Shown here piece after piece: positions 47,135 through 57,714 of a DNA stretch of 64,000 nt. The translations under genes were made by a program, and so were the position numbers. This stretch comes from Flavobacterium sp. (lineage in GTDB: Bacteria > Bacteroidota > Bacteroidia > Flavobacteriales > Flavobacteriaceae). Location of the stretch: contig NZ_JBIISE010000002.1 in assembly GCF_044341185.1 (NCBI RefSeq), positions 25,205 through 89,204 on the forward strand, in the 5' to 3' direction. Within the stretch, counting starts at the first letter, position 1. Each line of letters starts with the position of its first letter. Under the pieces are notes generated by a model that was not told where the DNA came from, ran no database searches, and saw nothing but the letters and a program-made list of their open reading frames with translations.

Positions 47135-48982
47135 TTATTCTACTGTAACGGATTTTGCTAAATTTCTTGGTTGATCCACATTACAACCTCTTAATACTGC
47201 AATATAATAGGATAATAATTGCAACGGTATTGTAGTTAATAAAGGCGTTAATGCTTCCGAAGTTTCTGGGATTTCAATCACGTGATCTGCTAAAGCCCTT
47301 ACTTGCGTATCCCCTTTAGTTACAACTGCAATAATTTTTCCACTTCTAGATTTTATTTCTTGAATATTACTTACCACTTTATCATAATGCCCTTTATTTG
47401 GTGCAATTACTATAACTGGCATTTGTTCATCAATTAACGCGATTGGTCCATGTTTCATTTCGGCAGCTGGATATCCTTCAGCGTGAATGTATGATATTTC
47501 TTTTAATTTCAATGCGCCTTCTAATGCTACCGGAAAGTTAAACCCTCTTCCTAAATATAAAGCGTTAGGTACATCTTTATAAATATTTGCAATTTGTTTA
47601 CAAACTTCATTAGTTTGCAACGCTTCTTTTACCTTTTCTGGAATCATTTCTAATTCCAACAAATATCGTTGGTAATCAGAATGATTCATAGTTCCTTTAG
47701 CTTTAGCTAATCGTAATGCTAAAAGAGTAAGAATTGTAATTTGAGTAGTAAATGCTTTTGTAGAAGCTACTCCGATTTCTGGACCCGCGTGTGTGTATGC
47801 TCCAGCATGAGTTTCTCTTGAAATAGATGAGCCTACAACATTACATACGCCAAAAACGAAAGCGCCGTTTTCTTTGGCTAATTTTATAGCCGCTAAGGTA
47901 TCAGCGGTTTCTCCTGATTGAGAAATAGCAATTACCACATCGTCTTTATTTATGATAGGGTTTCTGTATCTAAATTCTGATGCATATTCTACCTCAACAG
48001 GTATTCTTGCAAATTCTTCAATAATATATTCGGCTACCAAACCTGCATGCCATGATGTACCACAAGCAATAATTAAAATTCGTTTGGCATTAGTAAATTT
48101 TTCTAAATTGTCTTCCACCCCTGACATTTGAATGATTCCTTTATTGGCCAACAATCTACCTCTATAAGTATCTTTAATTACATTTGGTTGCTCATAAATT
48201 TCTTTTAACATGAAATGTTCGTAGCCTCCTTTTTCAATTTGTTCTAAATTCATTTGCAATTCTTGAACGTAAGGATCTACTAAAGAATCATCTTTAATTT
48301 TACGAACTTTCATTGGTTTATTCAAACGAATAATTGCCATTTCTTCATCTTCTAAATATATAGCATTTGAAGTAAATTCAATAAATGGAGAAGCATCTGA
48401 AGCTACAAAATATTCGTCTTCACCAATACCAATTGCTAAAGGTGAACCTAAACGCGCACAAACAATTTCGTCTGGCTTGTTTATATCAAATACTACAATT
48501 GCATAGGCACCGACTACTTGATTTAAGGCAACCTGTACTGCTTTTCCTAATTTTAAATTGTCTGTTTTCTGAACGTCTTCAATTAAATTAATTAATACTT
48601 CAGTATCCGTATCAGAATGAAAAACATAACCTCTTTTAATTAATTCTTTTTTTAAAGGTTCGTAATTTTCAATGATTCCATTATGTACAATGGCTAATTT
48701 CCCAGAATTTGAAAAATGGGGATGTGAATTTACATCATTTGGAACTCCGTGAGTCGCCCAACGTGTATGTCCAAAACCTATATGACCGTCTATAGTTATT
48801 TCTTTCGCAACTTTTTCTTCTAAATCGGAAACTTTCCCTTTAGTTTTACAAAGTTTTAAATTTTTTCCGTCATATAAAACTAAACCAGCACTATCGTAAC
48901 CACGATATTCTAATCTTTTTAATCCTTTAATAATTATTGGATATGCTTCTCTATGACCAATATAACCTACGATTCCACACAT
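47135..48982 (-). CDS. glmS: Glutamine--fructose-6-phosphate aminotransferase (isomerizing)
   Basis: 615 aa. MCGIVGY N-terminal nucleophile Cys, two SIS domains (ISQSGETADT), and a C-terminal LAKSVTVE. Confidence 0.97.
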   Translation of the reverse strand: MCGIVGYIGHREAYPIIIKGLKRLEYRGYDSAGLVLYDGKNLKLCKTKGKVSDLEEKVAKEITIDGHIGFGHTRWATHGVPNDVNSHPHFSNSGKLAIVHNGIIENYEPLKKELIKRGYVFHSDTDTEVLINLIEDVQKTDNLKLGKAVQVALNQVVGAYAIVVFDINKPDEIVCARLGSPLAIGIGEDEYFVASDASPFIEFTSNAIYLEDEEMAIIRLNKPMKVRKIKDDSLVDPYVQELQMNLEQIEKGGYEHFMLKEIYEQPNVIKDTYRGRLLANKGIIQMSGVEDNLEKFTNAKRILIIACGTSWHAGLVAEYIIEEFARIPVEVEYASEFRYRNPIINKDDVVIAISQSGETADTLAAIKLAKENGAFVFGVCNVVGSSISRETHAGAYTHAGPEIGVASTKAFTTQITILTLLALRLAKAKGTMNHSDYQRYLLELEMIPEKVKEALQTNEVCKQIANIYKDVPNALYLGRGFNFPVALEGALKLKEISYIHAEGYPAAEMKHGPIALIDEQMPVIVIAPNKGHYDKVVSNIQEIKSRSGKIIAVVTKGDTQVRALADHVIEIPETSEALTPLLTTIPLQLLSYYIAVLRGCNVDQPRNLAKSVTVE

Positions 48983-48994
48983 ATAAATAGTGAT

Positions 48995-50797
48995 TTAATT
49001 TGGTTTTGTATAATGTATAACTAATTTTAATTTTTTAGCTGCGTCTGCTGGTGCATTCGGATTTGTTCCATGAAGTACAACACCTTGTTGTTCCATAATT
49101 GAAGCTACTGGGAAATATTCAATGTCATCTGTTGAAACAGTTGGTGTATTATTCACATCAAAAGGTGATTTGTAATAATAATTATTGCTGTAATTAATAT
49201 TATCTGTAACTGTAAGTCCTAATCTAACGTTTTTATTCAAATCAACATTTGTACTGTTAATTAAATTATTTATATGTTGTGTAATTCTAATTTTATATTT
49301 AATTCCTTTTTTATCCGCAGTATCATCACGTTCGATAATACCTCCATAAATTAATTTATTGTATTTTGTATTTGAATTTGTTGTAGCATCAAAAGAATAA
49401 TCTACTAAAGGTTTTTGATTCGTAGCATCAAATAAATATAACCTTTCTGCTTCTAATTGATTGGCGCCTGCCATTGCTGTTTTATCTATATAAAACTCTA
49501 AGTATGCTTCATTAATTAACCATCCTTTTAATCGTAATTGATCCAATTCATCTGGGATTTGATTGGCTCCAGTAACCAATTGTCCATTAACTGGTTTTAA
49601 AACATCGGTATCTCCAAAAACATCCAAATATACTACAGAACCTTTTCCTCCTTTTAGATATAATTTAGAGTCTTGTCCTGTTACTTGGTTTGAAGCTGAC
49701 AAACCAGCATCATATGCTCCAGAATAGGAATAATCTTGCAAAGAAACTGAATTCGCGCCAGAACCTACACCAAAGTTCAATACAAGACTTTTTGATGTAG
49801 CAGCTGTTCCTGAAGCAGCACCATCGTTTATTGAGCTATAGTTTACGTTTAATTTAGCATTTGAGAAATTTAACATTGCCATAGCGCCTTCTTCTCCTGG
49901 AAGTTGTTCCATTTTAAAATACAATCCTTTAAAATATTGTTTAAAATCATTGTTATTAAATAAATTTGCACTTCCTGTTTCTAATATTCTTTTCTTAAAA
50001 AAAGCTTTGTTTAAGGTTAAATATATCCCTGGAGCTAAACGCTCTTTAACTACTCGTAATGATACATCATTTTGATTGGCTAAAACCACATCATTTGCAT
50101 CAACATATTCTAAAATTCCTGTTGTGGTATTAAATTTAGTTTTATAAATAATAATTTCTGCTTTGTTAAAAAAGAACTGGTCATTTTCTGCAGTATTTGG
50201 ACTATCATTTAATCGTGTTCCGTTTTGTACAGAATTTCCATTCCCATCATTTCCTCTTTTTAGATTCTCAAAATTTATTAGAGTTCCGTTTACAGAGCCA
50301 TCTGAAAAATAACGTTGTTGAGTTTGAAAATTATCATTTGGATTGAAAGCATTTAAATAATATCCATTTTCGTAAACGCTTAATTTCATTTTACTTTCTT
50401 TATTTGATCCGTAAATAGATTGCAAAGAATATACTTTTGAACCATCTGCATTAGTGGTTTCTACCGTGTTGAAATACGGAACATATAGCGTCACATTTTC
50501 TATTTGCACACTGGTTCCGAATTTTGGCTGCTCAGTTACTAATGAAACTTGCGTAACAAAATTTGCTTTAGTAACACCAAAATATGGATTGTTATAAATA
50601 CCCAAAGGATTAATTGGTAAATTATTGGTTTGCACTTCTTCTGTTTTAACAGAATACGCTTTCAATTGCGCTTCGTGTGTACTGAAATCAAAATGTTCAT
50701 CACCAACTATATCGGAACCAATAGTATTAAAATCTTGATCACAAGAAATAAATACTAATGCAAAAACTAAAAATAAAACGGTTATATTTTTTTTCAT
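48995..50797 (-). CDS. DUF4270-like lipoprotein
   Basis: 600 aa. MKKNITVLFLVFALVFISCDQ is a lipoprotein signal. Asn/Thr-rich beta protein. The family assignment comes from my recollection of the conserved glmS-adjacent gene in Flavobacteriia and is not verified. Confidence 0.55.
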   Translation of the reverse strand: MKKNITVLFLVFALVFISCDQDFNTIGSDIVGDEHFDFSTHEAQLKAYSVKTEEVQTNNLPINPLGIYNNPYFGVTKANFVTQVSLVTEQPKFGTSVQIENVTLYVPYFNTVETTNADGSKVYSLQSIYGSNKESKMKLSVYENGYYLNAFNPNDNFQTQQRYFSDGSVNGTLINFENLKRGNDGNGNSVQNGTRLNDSPNTAENDQFFFNKAEIIIYKTKFNTTTGILEYVDANDVVLANQNDVSLRVVKERLAPGIYLTLNKAFFKKRILETGSANLFNNNDFKQYFKGLYFKMEQLPGEEGAMAMLNFSNAKLNVNYSSINDGAASGTAATSKSLVLNFGVGSGANSVSLQDYSYSGAYDAGLSASNQVTGQDSKLYLKGGKGSVVYLDVFGDTDVLKPVNGQLVTGANQIPDELDQLRLKGWLINEAYLEFYIDKTAMAGANQLEAERLYLFDATNQKPLVDYSFDATTNSNTKYNKLIYGGIIERDDTADKKGIKYKIRITQHINNLINSTNVDLNKNVRLGLTVTDNINYSNNYYYKSPFDVNNTPTVSTDDIEYFPVASIMEQQGVVLHGTNPNAPADAAKKLKLVIHYTKPN

Positions 50798-50802
50798 TAT
50801 TA

Positions 50803-51609
50803 TTATTGTACTTTATTTTTTAAAAACTCTAAATATGTTTCTTTAAACGATTCTTTCGGAGTGAAAGGTAAAAAAGGTTTTTTAGAAGTTTCTATATATT
50901 TTGTTAAATCTGAAGTTAAGTTTTCTGATGCCATAATTATAGCATCTGAGTGATCAATTGTTGCCTTCATTAAATTAGTAAAAACCGGCTCTTTATATTT
51001 AGAAATAGCATCCTGTGGTAAATTATCAAATGCTAATTTAGTAATCAATTCTGTATCAAGTGTTCCATCAAAATCAGAAGCATAAACAGAAGTGATAATT
51101 TTTGTATCTTCAAAAATACCTTCATCTTTATAATAATGTTTTAGGTATACAGGCAACAAAGAAGCCATCCAACCATGAACATGAATAATATCAGGTACCC
51201 AATTTAATTTTTTTACGGTTTCTACAACTCCTTTTGCAAAGAAAATAGCTCTCTCATCATTATCTGCATACAACACGCCTTCTTCATCTGAAAAAGTAGC
51301 TTTTCTTTTAAAATATTCATCGTTATCAATAAAATAAACTTGAATTCTTTCTTTTGGTATAGAGGCAACTTTAATAATTAAAGGCATATCCATATCATTC
51401 ACTACCAAATTCATCCCAGAAAGACGAATTACTTCATGTAATTGATGTCTGCGTTCATTGATATTTCCGTATCTTGGCATAAAAATTCTTATCTGCCCTC
51501 CTACTTCATTTATCATTTTCGGCAACTCATAAGAATGTAGTGATACTTCGTTTTCAGCTAAATAAGGCACTACTTCAGATGATACATATAATATCCTCTT
51601 GTCATTCAT
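50803..51609 (-). CDS. Glycogen/starch-synthase-like protein, N-terminal (GT5) domain only
   Basis: KRILYVSSEVVPY, RIFMPRYG and DIIHVHGWMASLLPVYLK match the GlgA N-terminal half. At about 268 aa there is no C-terminal GT1 half. I moved the start to M12 (51609). Confidence 0.7.
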   Translation of the reverse strand: MNDKRILYVSSEVVPYLAENEVSLHSYELPKMINEVGGQIRIFMPRYGNINERRHQLHEVIRLSGMNLVVNDMDMPLIIKVASIPKERIQVYFIDNDEYFKRKATFSDEEGVLYADNDERAIFFAKGVVETVKKLNWVPDIIHVHGWMASLLPVYLKHYYKDEGIFEDTKIITSVYASDFDGTLDTELITKLAFDNLPQDAISKYKEPVFTNLMKATIDHSDAIIMASENLTSDLTKYIETSKKPFLPFTPKESFKETYLEFLKNKVQ

Positions 51610-51705
51610 ATAATAAATGTTATGTTTTTGTTTAATATGCAAAATTATAAAAATTTATGGACTTATCTACTAAAATAGTAAGTTTGCACTTTATTATAAT
51701 ATATT

Positions 51706-52554
51706 ATGCCTGTTTTTCAAACACAAAATGCGTTACAAATTGAATTAAAAAAAGCTCAAAATCAATCAAAAAAAATTGGTTTTGTGCCTACAATGGGCGC
51801 TTTACACATGGGACATCTTTCGTTATTAGAAGAATCTTTATCTGAAAATGAAATTACCGTTTTAAGTATTTTTGTCAATCCTACGCAATTTAATAATGCT
51901 GATGATTTAAATAAATATCCTAGAACTCTAGAAAAAGATGTAGAGCTTGTTAATAAATTAAACAAAAACATCTTTATTTATGCACCAAGTGTTTCAGATA
52001 TTTATGAAGGCAATACCGTTTCTGCTTCTTTTGATTACGATGGATTAGAACATCAAATGGAAGGCAAACATCGGCCAGGACATTTTGACGGAGTGGGAAC
52101 TATTGTGAAGAAATTATTTGAAATTGTAAAACCAACAAATGCCTATTTTGGTGAAAAAGATTTTCAGCAATTACAAATTGTAAGAAAATTGGTCTCAAAA
52201 CATAAAATTCCAGTAAACGTAATTCCTTGTAAAATTTACAGAGAAACTTCTGGGTTAGCGATGAGCAGCCGAAACGAACGGCTTTCTGAAAAAGCTCGAA
52301 ACGAATCGAAATTAATACACAAAATACTTTTAGAAGCTAAAGATAAATTTAGACTAAAATCAGCCAAAAAAGTTTCTCAATTTGTAGTAAGCGAATTTAA
52401 TAAACATAAAAATTTTACTTTAGAATATTTTGAAATTGCCGAAGAAGAAACGCTATTAACTTGTAAAAGAAAAATAAAAAATAAAAATTACAGAGGGTTT
52501 ATTGCTGTTTTTATTGAAAATATACGATTAATTGATAATATTTCGTTAAAATAA
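51706..52554 (+). CDS. panC: Pantoate--beta-alanine ligase
   Basis: GFVPTMGALHMGHLSL (HxGH), FVNPTQF, GEKDFQQ and MSSRN. Confidence 0.95.
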   Translation: MPVFQTQNALQIELKKAQNQSKKIGFVPTMGALHMGHLSLLEESLSENEITVLSIFVNPTQFNNADDLNKYPRTLEKDVELVNKLNKNIFIYAPSVSDIYEGNTVSASFDYDGLEHQMEGKHRPGHFDGVGTIVKKLFEIVKPTNAYFGEKDFQQLQIVRKLVSKHKIPVNVIPCKIYRETSGLAMSSRNERLSEKARNESKLIHKILLEAKDKFRLKSAKKVSQFVVSEFNKHKNFTLEYFEIAEEETLLTCKRKIKNKNYRGFIAVFIENIRLIDNISLK

Positions 52555-52590
52555 ATTATAAAATTTACATGAATTAATTAACTTTGCGGC

Positions 52591-52941
52591 ATGCAAATAC
52601 AAGTAGTAAAATCTAAGATACACAGAGTTTCTGTTACTGGAGCCGATTTAAATTATATTGGAAGTATTACAATTGACGAAGCTTTACTTGAAGCTGCCAA
52701 TATTGTAGAAGGTGAAAAAGTGGCCATTGTGAATGTAAATAACGGAGAACGTTTAGAAACTTATGCCATTAAAGGGCCTAGAAACACAGGTGAAATCACA
52801 TTAAACGGACCTGCTGCACGAAAAGTACATCGGGGTGATATTATTATTATTATTGCTTACGGAATTATTGACTTTGAAGAAGCAAAAACATTTAAACCTT
52901 GTTTGGTGTTTCCAAATGAAAAAGATAATTCCTTAACCTAG
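52591..52941 (+). CDS. panD: Aspartate 1-decarboxylase
   Basis: 116 aa. [23 protein letters not shown] includes the Gly-Ser self-cleavage site. Confidence 0.95.
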   Translation: MQIQVVKSKIHRVSVTGADLNYIGSITIDEALLEAANIVEGEKVAIVNVNNGERLETYAIKGPRNTGEITLNGPAARKVHRGDIIIIIAYGIIDFEEAKTFKPCLVFPNEKDNSLT

Positions 52942-52943
52942 TT

Positions 52944-53903
52944 TTGAGAACAAAAGTTAGCAAAATTGCCTCTGTTTTTATTCCCTTATTATTGGGTTTC
53001 GGACTTATATATTATCAATATACCTCACTATCTGTTGAAGAATTAAATAAAATAAAATTTTGTTTTCAAAAAGCCAATTATTTTTATATTTACCTTTCAT
53101 TAATAATCTCACTTTTTGGTTATTGGGCAAGAGCCTACCGTTGGAAATATTCCTTACAACATCTAGGATACCAAACAAATTTCAAAAACGATTTTATGTC
53201 GGTTTGTGTTTCTTATTTTATGAATTTAACCATTCCTAGATCGGGCGAAATTACTAGAGCTGCCTTATTAAAAAAATATGAAAACGTACCCTTTGATAAA
53301 GGATTTGGAACTATTGTAGCGGAAAGAATAGTAGATTTAATACTATTTTTATTATTTGTAGGTTTAGCATTTGTTCTTCAATTTGAAAAACTTTACCATT
53401 TCATCAAAGAAAAAATTGCGTTTGAAAAAATAATTTTCTTCGGAATTATTGGTCTATTCCTAGGAATCGTATTTCTTTTAATTTGGATATATGCAGAATG
53501 GAAAATAATAAAAAAAATAAAAAATAAATTTTCAGGATTAATTGAAGGCATGTTGAGCATTGTAATGATGAAAGATAAATGGAAATATATTTTCTTATCT
53601 TTTTTAATTTGGTTTTCCTATTTGTTAATGTTTTACATTCCTATTTATGCCTTACCTGAAACAGAAAATATTGGTTTTAACATCGTGATAATGGGATTCA
53701 TTTTTGGCAGTCTTGCCGTTGGATTCACAAATGGCGGACTGGGCGCTTATCCGTTAGCCATTGCGATGATTTTTTCGTTATACGGTATATCAAATGAGAT
53801 TGGAACGGCTTTTGGCTGGCTGGCATGGACTTCACAAACGATACTAACCATTATTCTTGGTTTACTATCTTACGTATTTTTACCACTTTATAATAAAAAA
53901 TAA
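52944..53903 (+). CDS. UPF0104/LPG-synthase-TM-family (flippase-like) membrane protein
   Basis: 319 aa with about 8 TM. The ARAYRWKY...IPRSGEITRAALL pattern resembles the lysylphosphatidylglycerol synthase TM region family. Confidence 0.6.
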   Translation: MRTKVSKIASVFIPLLLGFGLIYYQYTSLSVEELNKIKFCFQKANYFYIYLSLIISLFGYWARAYRWKYSLQHLGYQTNFKNDFMSVCVSYFMNLTIPRSGEITRAALLKKYENVPFDKGFGTIVAERIVDLILFLLFVGLAFVLQFEKLYHFIKEKIAFEKIIFFGIIGLFLGIVFLLIWIYAEWKIIKKIKNKFSGLIEGMLSIVMMKDKWKYIFLSFLIWFSYLLMFYIPIYALPETENIGFNIVIMGFIFGSLAVGFTNGGLGAYPLAIAMIFSLYGISNEIGTAFGWLAWTSQTILTIILGLLSYVFLPLYNKK

Positions 53904-53937
53904 GTAGTATATTGCTACATTATTAAACCAATTACTT

Positions 53938-55164
53938 ATGAAAATTAAATTTATCCTACTGTTTTTTATGGTCGCAATGTCTGCTTTTGCTCAAAAAGTA
54001 GCTGATAAAATTCAATCTAAAAAACTTAACGAAGAACGAAATTTTTCAGTTATTTTACCGGATTCATATGAAAATAGTCCAGAAAAAAAATATCCGATTT
54101 TAGTATTATTAGATGGCGAATATTTAGCTGATCCTTTTTCAGGAATTTTAAAATACGGGAATTATTGGGACGATTTACCTGAAATAATTATAGTTGCGGT
54201 GAATCAGAATTATGGAGAAACCCGTTTTAACGATAGCAATTATGGTGAAGATGGCTTACCGGCAGAATCAGGTGCTAAATTTTTTGAATTTATAGGATTT
54301 GAGTTATTGCCGTATATACAACAAAAATATAGAACACTTCCGTTTAGAATCATAGCGGGTCACGATACTACAGCCGGGTTTTTAAATTTTTATTTATATA
54401 AAGATGACCCAATATTTAATGCCTATATTTCTATTTCACCAGAAATGGCTCCGGAAATGGAAGTTCGAATTGCAGAACGATTAGCAAAAACACAAAAACC
54501 GGTGTTTTATTATCAAGCTACATCAAAAGCCGATTTAGAGGAAATTCAAGAAAACACAAAAAAACTTGATGATGTTGCAAAAGAAATTAAAAATACGAAT
54601 CTTAACTATCGATATGACGTTTTTCAAAATACCTCACATTATTCATTAGTAGCAGAAGCTATTCCAAGTGCATTTTACTTTATTTTCAATGGTTATCAAC
54701 CCATTTCAAAATTAGAATTCAACGAAAAAATATTAAAATTAGAAAGTGGTTATGCTCAATATTTAATTGATAAATACGATAATATTGAGAAAAAAATCGG
54801 GTTAAAAGTACAACCAAGATACTCAGATTTTAAAGCCATAGAAGCAGCAATAATTAAAAATAAAGCGTATTCAGATTTTGAAATATTAGGTGCTTATGCC
54901 GACAAACAATTTCCGAAAACTATGTTAGGAACCTATCATAGAGGTTTATATTTTGAGAAAATTGGGGATTACAAAAGAGCCGCAAAAGAATATCAAAGCG
55001 CTTATACCAAATCAGAAATTGGGGATTTAACCAAAAATTATATTTTAGATCGAGCAGAAGCTTTAAAATCAAGAAAAGAAGAACCTAAACAAGAAATTGA
55101 AGAATCAGCGCCAGTAGAAACGCCAACTGAAACACCTACAGAAACTCCAAAAAAAGACGAATAA
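53938..55164 (+). CDS. Secreted alpha/beta hydrolase (putative esterase family) with a TPR-like C-terminal region and a Glu/Thr/Pro tail
   Basis: Signal peptide MKIKFILLFFMVAMSAFAQ. KYPILVLLDGEY is typical of the putative-esterase family. The C-terminus is PVETPTETPTETPKKDE. Confidence 0.65.
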   Translation: MKIKFILLFFMVAMSAFAQKVADKIQSKKLNEERNFSVILPDSYENSPEKKYPILVLLDGEYLADPFSGILKYGNYWDDLPEIIIVAVNQNYGETRFNDSNYGEDGLPAESGAKFFEFIGFELLPYIQQKYRTLPFRIIAGHDTTAGFLNFYLYKDDPIFNAYISISPEMAPEMEVRIAERLAKTQKPVFYYQATSKADLEEIQENTKKLDDVAKEIKNTNLNYRYDVFQNTSHYSLVAEAIPSAFYFIFNGYQPISKLEFNEKILKLESGYAQYLIDKYDNIEKKIGLKVQPRYSDFKAIEAAIIKNKAYSDFEILGAYADKQFPKTMLGTYHRGLYFEKIGDYKRAAKEYQSAYTKSEIGDLTKNYILDRAEALKSRKEEPKQEIEESAPVETPTETPTETPKKDE

Positions 55165-55185
55165 TTTCGAAAAATAAAAATACAA

Positions 55186-56547
55186 ATGGCTAAATTAAAA
55201 ACGTCCTTCTTTTGCCAAAGTTGCGGCACCAACTATTCTAAATGGCTTGGACAATGTACGTCTTGCAAGCAGTGGAATACAATTGTAGAAGAAATTATTC
55301 AAAAAGAAGAAAAACAAGCCTGGCGAAGCACTACTTCTGAATCAAAAAAAGTAGCCAAACCTTTAAAAATTAACGAAATTTCCACTTCGGAAGAAGTCCG
55401 AATGAATACAACTGATGGCGAATTAAACCGCGTTTTAGGTGGCGGATTAGTGCCTGGTTCTCTTACACTTTTAGGTGGCGAACCTGGAATTGGAAAAAGT
55501 ACACTTTTACTTCAAATTTCTTTAAAATTACCTTATAAAACGCTTTATGTTTCGGGAGAAGAAAGTCAGAAACAAATAAAAATGCGTGCCGAAAGAATTA
55601 CGGGACAAACGGATAATTGTTTTATTTTAACCGAAACCAAAACACAAAACATATTTCGTCAAATTGAGGAAATTGAACCTCAAGTAGTAATTATTGATTC
55701 GATTCAAACTTTACATACCGAATATATTGAATCTTCTGCAGGAAGTATTTCACAAATTAGGGAATGTACCGCCGAATTGATAAAATTCGCTAAAGAAACC
55801 AACGTTCCTGTCATTTTAATTGGACATATTACGAAAGATGGTACGATTGCAGGACCGAAAATTTTAGAACATATGGTTGATACCGTTTTGCAATTTGAAG
55901 GCGATAGAAATCACGTGTACAGAATTCTACGAGCTTTGAAAAATCGTTTTGGTTCTACAGCCGAATTAGGGATTTACGAAATGTTAGGAAACGGCTTACG
56001 CGAAGTTAGTAATCCATCGGAAATATTAATTTCTAATAAAGATAATTATCTATCTGGTACAGCAATTGCTACTACAATAGAAGGTATGCGTCCGTTAATG
56101 ATAGAAATTCAGGCATTAGTTTCTACTGCCGTTTATGGCACACCTCAACGTAGCACAACCGGTTATAATCTGAAACGATTAAATATGATTTTGGCTGTTT
56201 TAGAAAAACGTGCAGGATTCCGTTTGGGAGCTAAAGACGTATTTTTAAACATTACAGGTGGTATAAATGTGGACGATCCGGCAATTGATTTGGCTGTAGT
56301 TGCCGCTATATTATCTTCTAATGAAGACATTACGATTGATAAAGATTTTTGTTTTGCTGGCGAAGTAGGTTTAACAGGCGAAATTCGTCCGGTAAATAAA
56401 GTAGAACAGCGCATACATGAAGCTGAAAAATTAGGTTTTTCGACCATTTTCGTATCCAAACACAATAAAATTAATCCAAAAGATTTTATAATTGATGTGC
56501 GATTGGTTAGTAAAATTGAAGATTTAGTGGAACAATTGTTTGGATAA
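55186..56547 (+). CDS. radA: DNA repair protein RadA/Sms
   Basis: Zinc finger FFCQSCGTNYSKWLGQCTSCKQWNT, Walker A GGEPGIGKST, the KNRFG motif and a Lon-like C-terminal domain. Confidence 0.95.
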   Translation: MAKLKTSFFCQSCGTNYSKWLGQCTSCKQWNTIVEEIIQKEEKQAWRSTTSESKKVAKPLKINEISTSEEVRMNTTDGELNRVLGGGLVPGSLTLLGGEPGIGKSTLLLQISLKLPYKTLYVSGEESQKQIKMRAERITGQTDNCFILTETKTQNIFRQIEEIEPQVVIIDSIQTLHTEYIESSAGSISQIRECTAELIKFAKETNVPVILIGHITKDGTIAGPKILEHMVDTVLQFEGDRNHVYRILRALKNRFGSTAELGIYEMLGNGLREVSNPSEILISNKDNYLSGTAIATTIEGMRPLMIEIQALVSTAVYGTPQRSTTGYNLKRLNMILAVLEKRAGFRLGAKDVFLNITGGINVDDPAIDLAVVAAILSSNEDITIDKDFCFAGEVGLTGEIRPVNKVEQRIHEAEKLGFSTIFVSKHNKINPKDFIIDVRLVSKIEDLVEQLFG

Positions 56548-56561
56548 CTGGTATTTAAATT

Positions 56562-56602
56562 AAAAAACCCTTCGGAAGTGCAAAACTATCGAAGGGTTTT
56601 TT
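56562..56602. terminator. Bidirectional terminator between the convergent radA and aldo/keto reductase genes
   Basis: aaaaaacccttcg (56562-56574) pairs with cgaagggtttttt (56590-56602). Confidence 0.7.
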
Positions 56603-56605
56603 ACT

Positions 56606-57643
56606 TTATGGCGCTGGGTTTGGAATTAATTCTTGTATTTTATTGATTTCTTCAAAAACGGAATCCGTTAACATCACATCAAATGCATTAATATTTTCTT
56701 CAAGCTGGTCAATTGTGGTAGCACCAATTATGGTTGATGTTACAAATTCTTGATGGTTTACAAAGGCAATCGCCATTTCGGTTAGGGTTAAGCCCAAACT
56801 GTGTGCTAATTCTTGGTATAATTTTGTGGCTTTAAAACAATTTTCATTTGTATAACGAACAAAATTTGGAAATAATTTCATTCGTGAATTTTCTGGAGTA
56901 CCATTTAAATATTTACCAGATAAAAATCCGAAACCTAATGGTGAATACGCCAATAAACCAACATTTTCACGCATTCCAATTTCAGACAAACCTACTTCGT
57001 ATAAACGATTTAACAAAGAAAATGGATTTTGAATGGTGACAATTCGAGGTAAACTGTGTTTTTCACTTTCCATTAAAAATTTCATTACGCCCCACGGATT
57101 TTCATTAGAAATACCAATATGTTTTATTTTTCCTTCTTTAATTAAACCATCAAAAACGGTTAAAACTTCAAAAATATTTTCTTGCCAATGTGTATCTAAT
57201 TTCTCCACACCTCTTTTTTGAAACATATTCATAATACGTTCTGGCCAATGTGTTTGATATAAATCAATATAATCCGTTTGTAAGTTTTTTAAACTTAATT
57301 CTACCGCTTCAGTGATGCTTTTCTTAGAGAAGTCCAGTGGTTTACGGATATAATCCATACCTCTATTGGGTCCTGCTATTTTAGTGGCTAGCACTAAATC
57401 ATCTCTTTTGTGTTTGTTTTTGGCTAACCAAGTTCCAATAAAACGTTCGGTACTTCCAAAAATATGCTCGTTACCGCCAATAGGATACATTTCGGCTGTA
57501 TCAATAAAGTTAATATCTCGTTCTACGGCATAATCTAATTGAAAATGAGCTTCCGCCTCAGTATTTTGATTTCCGAATGTCATCGTACCTAAACAAGCTT
57601 TGCTGACTTTTAAATTGGTATTTGGGAGCGTAGTGAATTTCAT
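56606..57643 (-). CDS. Aldo/keto reductase (Tas/YajO-like, NADP-dependent)
   Basis: 345 aa. LGTMTFG, INFIDTAEMYP, DYIDLYQTHWP and IGISNE. Confidence 0.88.
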   Translation of the reverse strand: MKFTTLPNTNLKVSKACLGTMTFGNQNTEAEAHFQLDYAVERDINFIDTAEMYPIGGNEHIFGSTERFIGTWLAKNKHKRDDLVLATKIAGPNRGMDYIRKPLDFSKKSITEAVELSLKNLQTDYIDLYQTHWPERIMNMFQKRGVEKLDTHWQENIFEVLTVFDGLIKEGKIKHIGISNENPWGVMKFLMESEKHSLPRIVTIQNPFSLLNRLYEVGLSEIGMRENVGLLAYSPLGFGFLSGKYLNGTPENSRMKLFPNFVRYTNENCFKATKLYQELAHSLGLTLTEMAIAFVNHQEFVTSTIIGATTIDQLEENINAFDVMLTDSVFEEINKIQELIPNPAP

Positions 57644-57714
57644 TATAAAAATTTATTGAATGACGAAGTTACAAAGTTTTAAAAACAGAAAACTGAATGT
57701 GATATAGATTTTAT

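Noticed and set aside
48983-48994. glmS ribozyme upstream of glmS.
   Set aside because: Only 12 nt separate glmS from the preceding gene. There is no room for the ribozyme of about 170 nt, which is characteristic of Gram-positive lineages.
55100-55164. The ETPTETPTETP tail of the esterase, considered as a functional repeat or glycosylation linker.
   Set aside because: There are only three short units at the extreme C-terminus, so no function can be supported from the sequence. It is noted in the feature evidence only.
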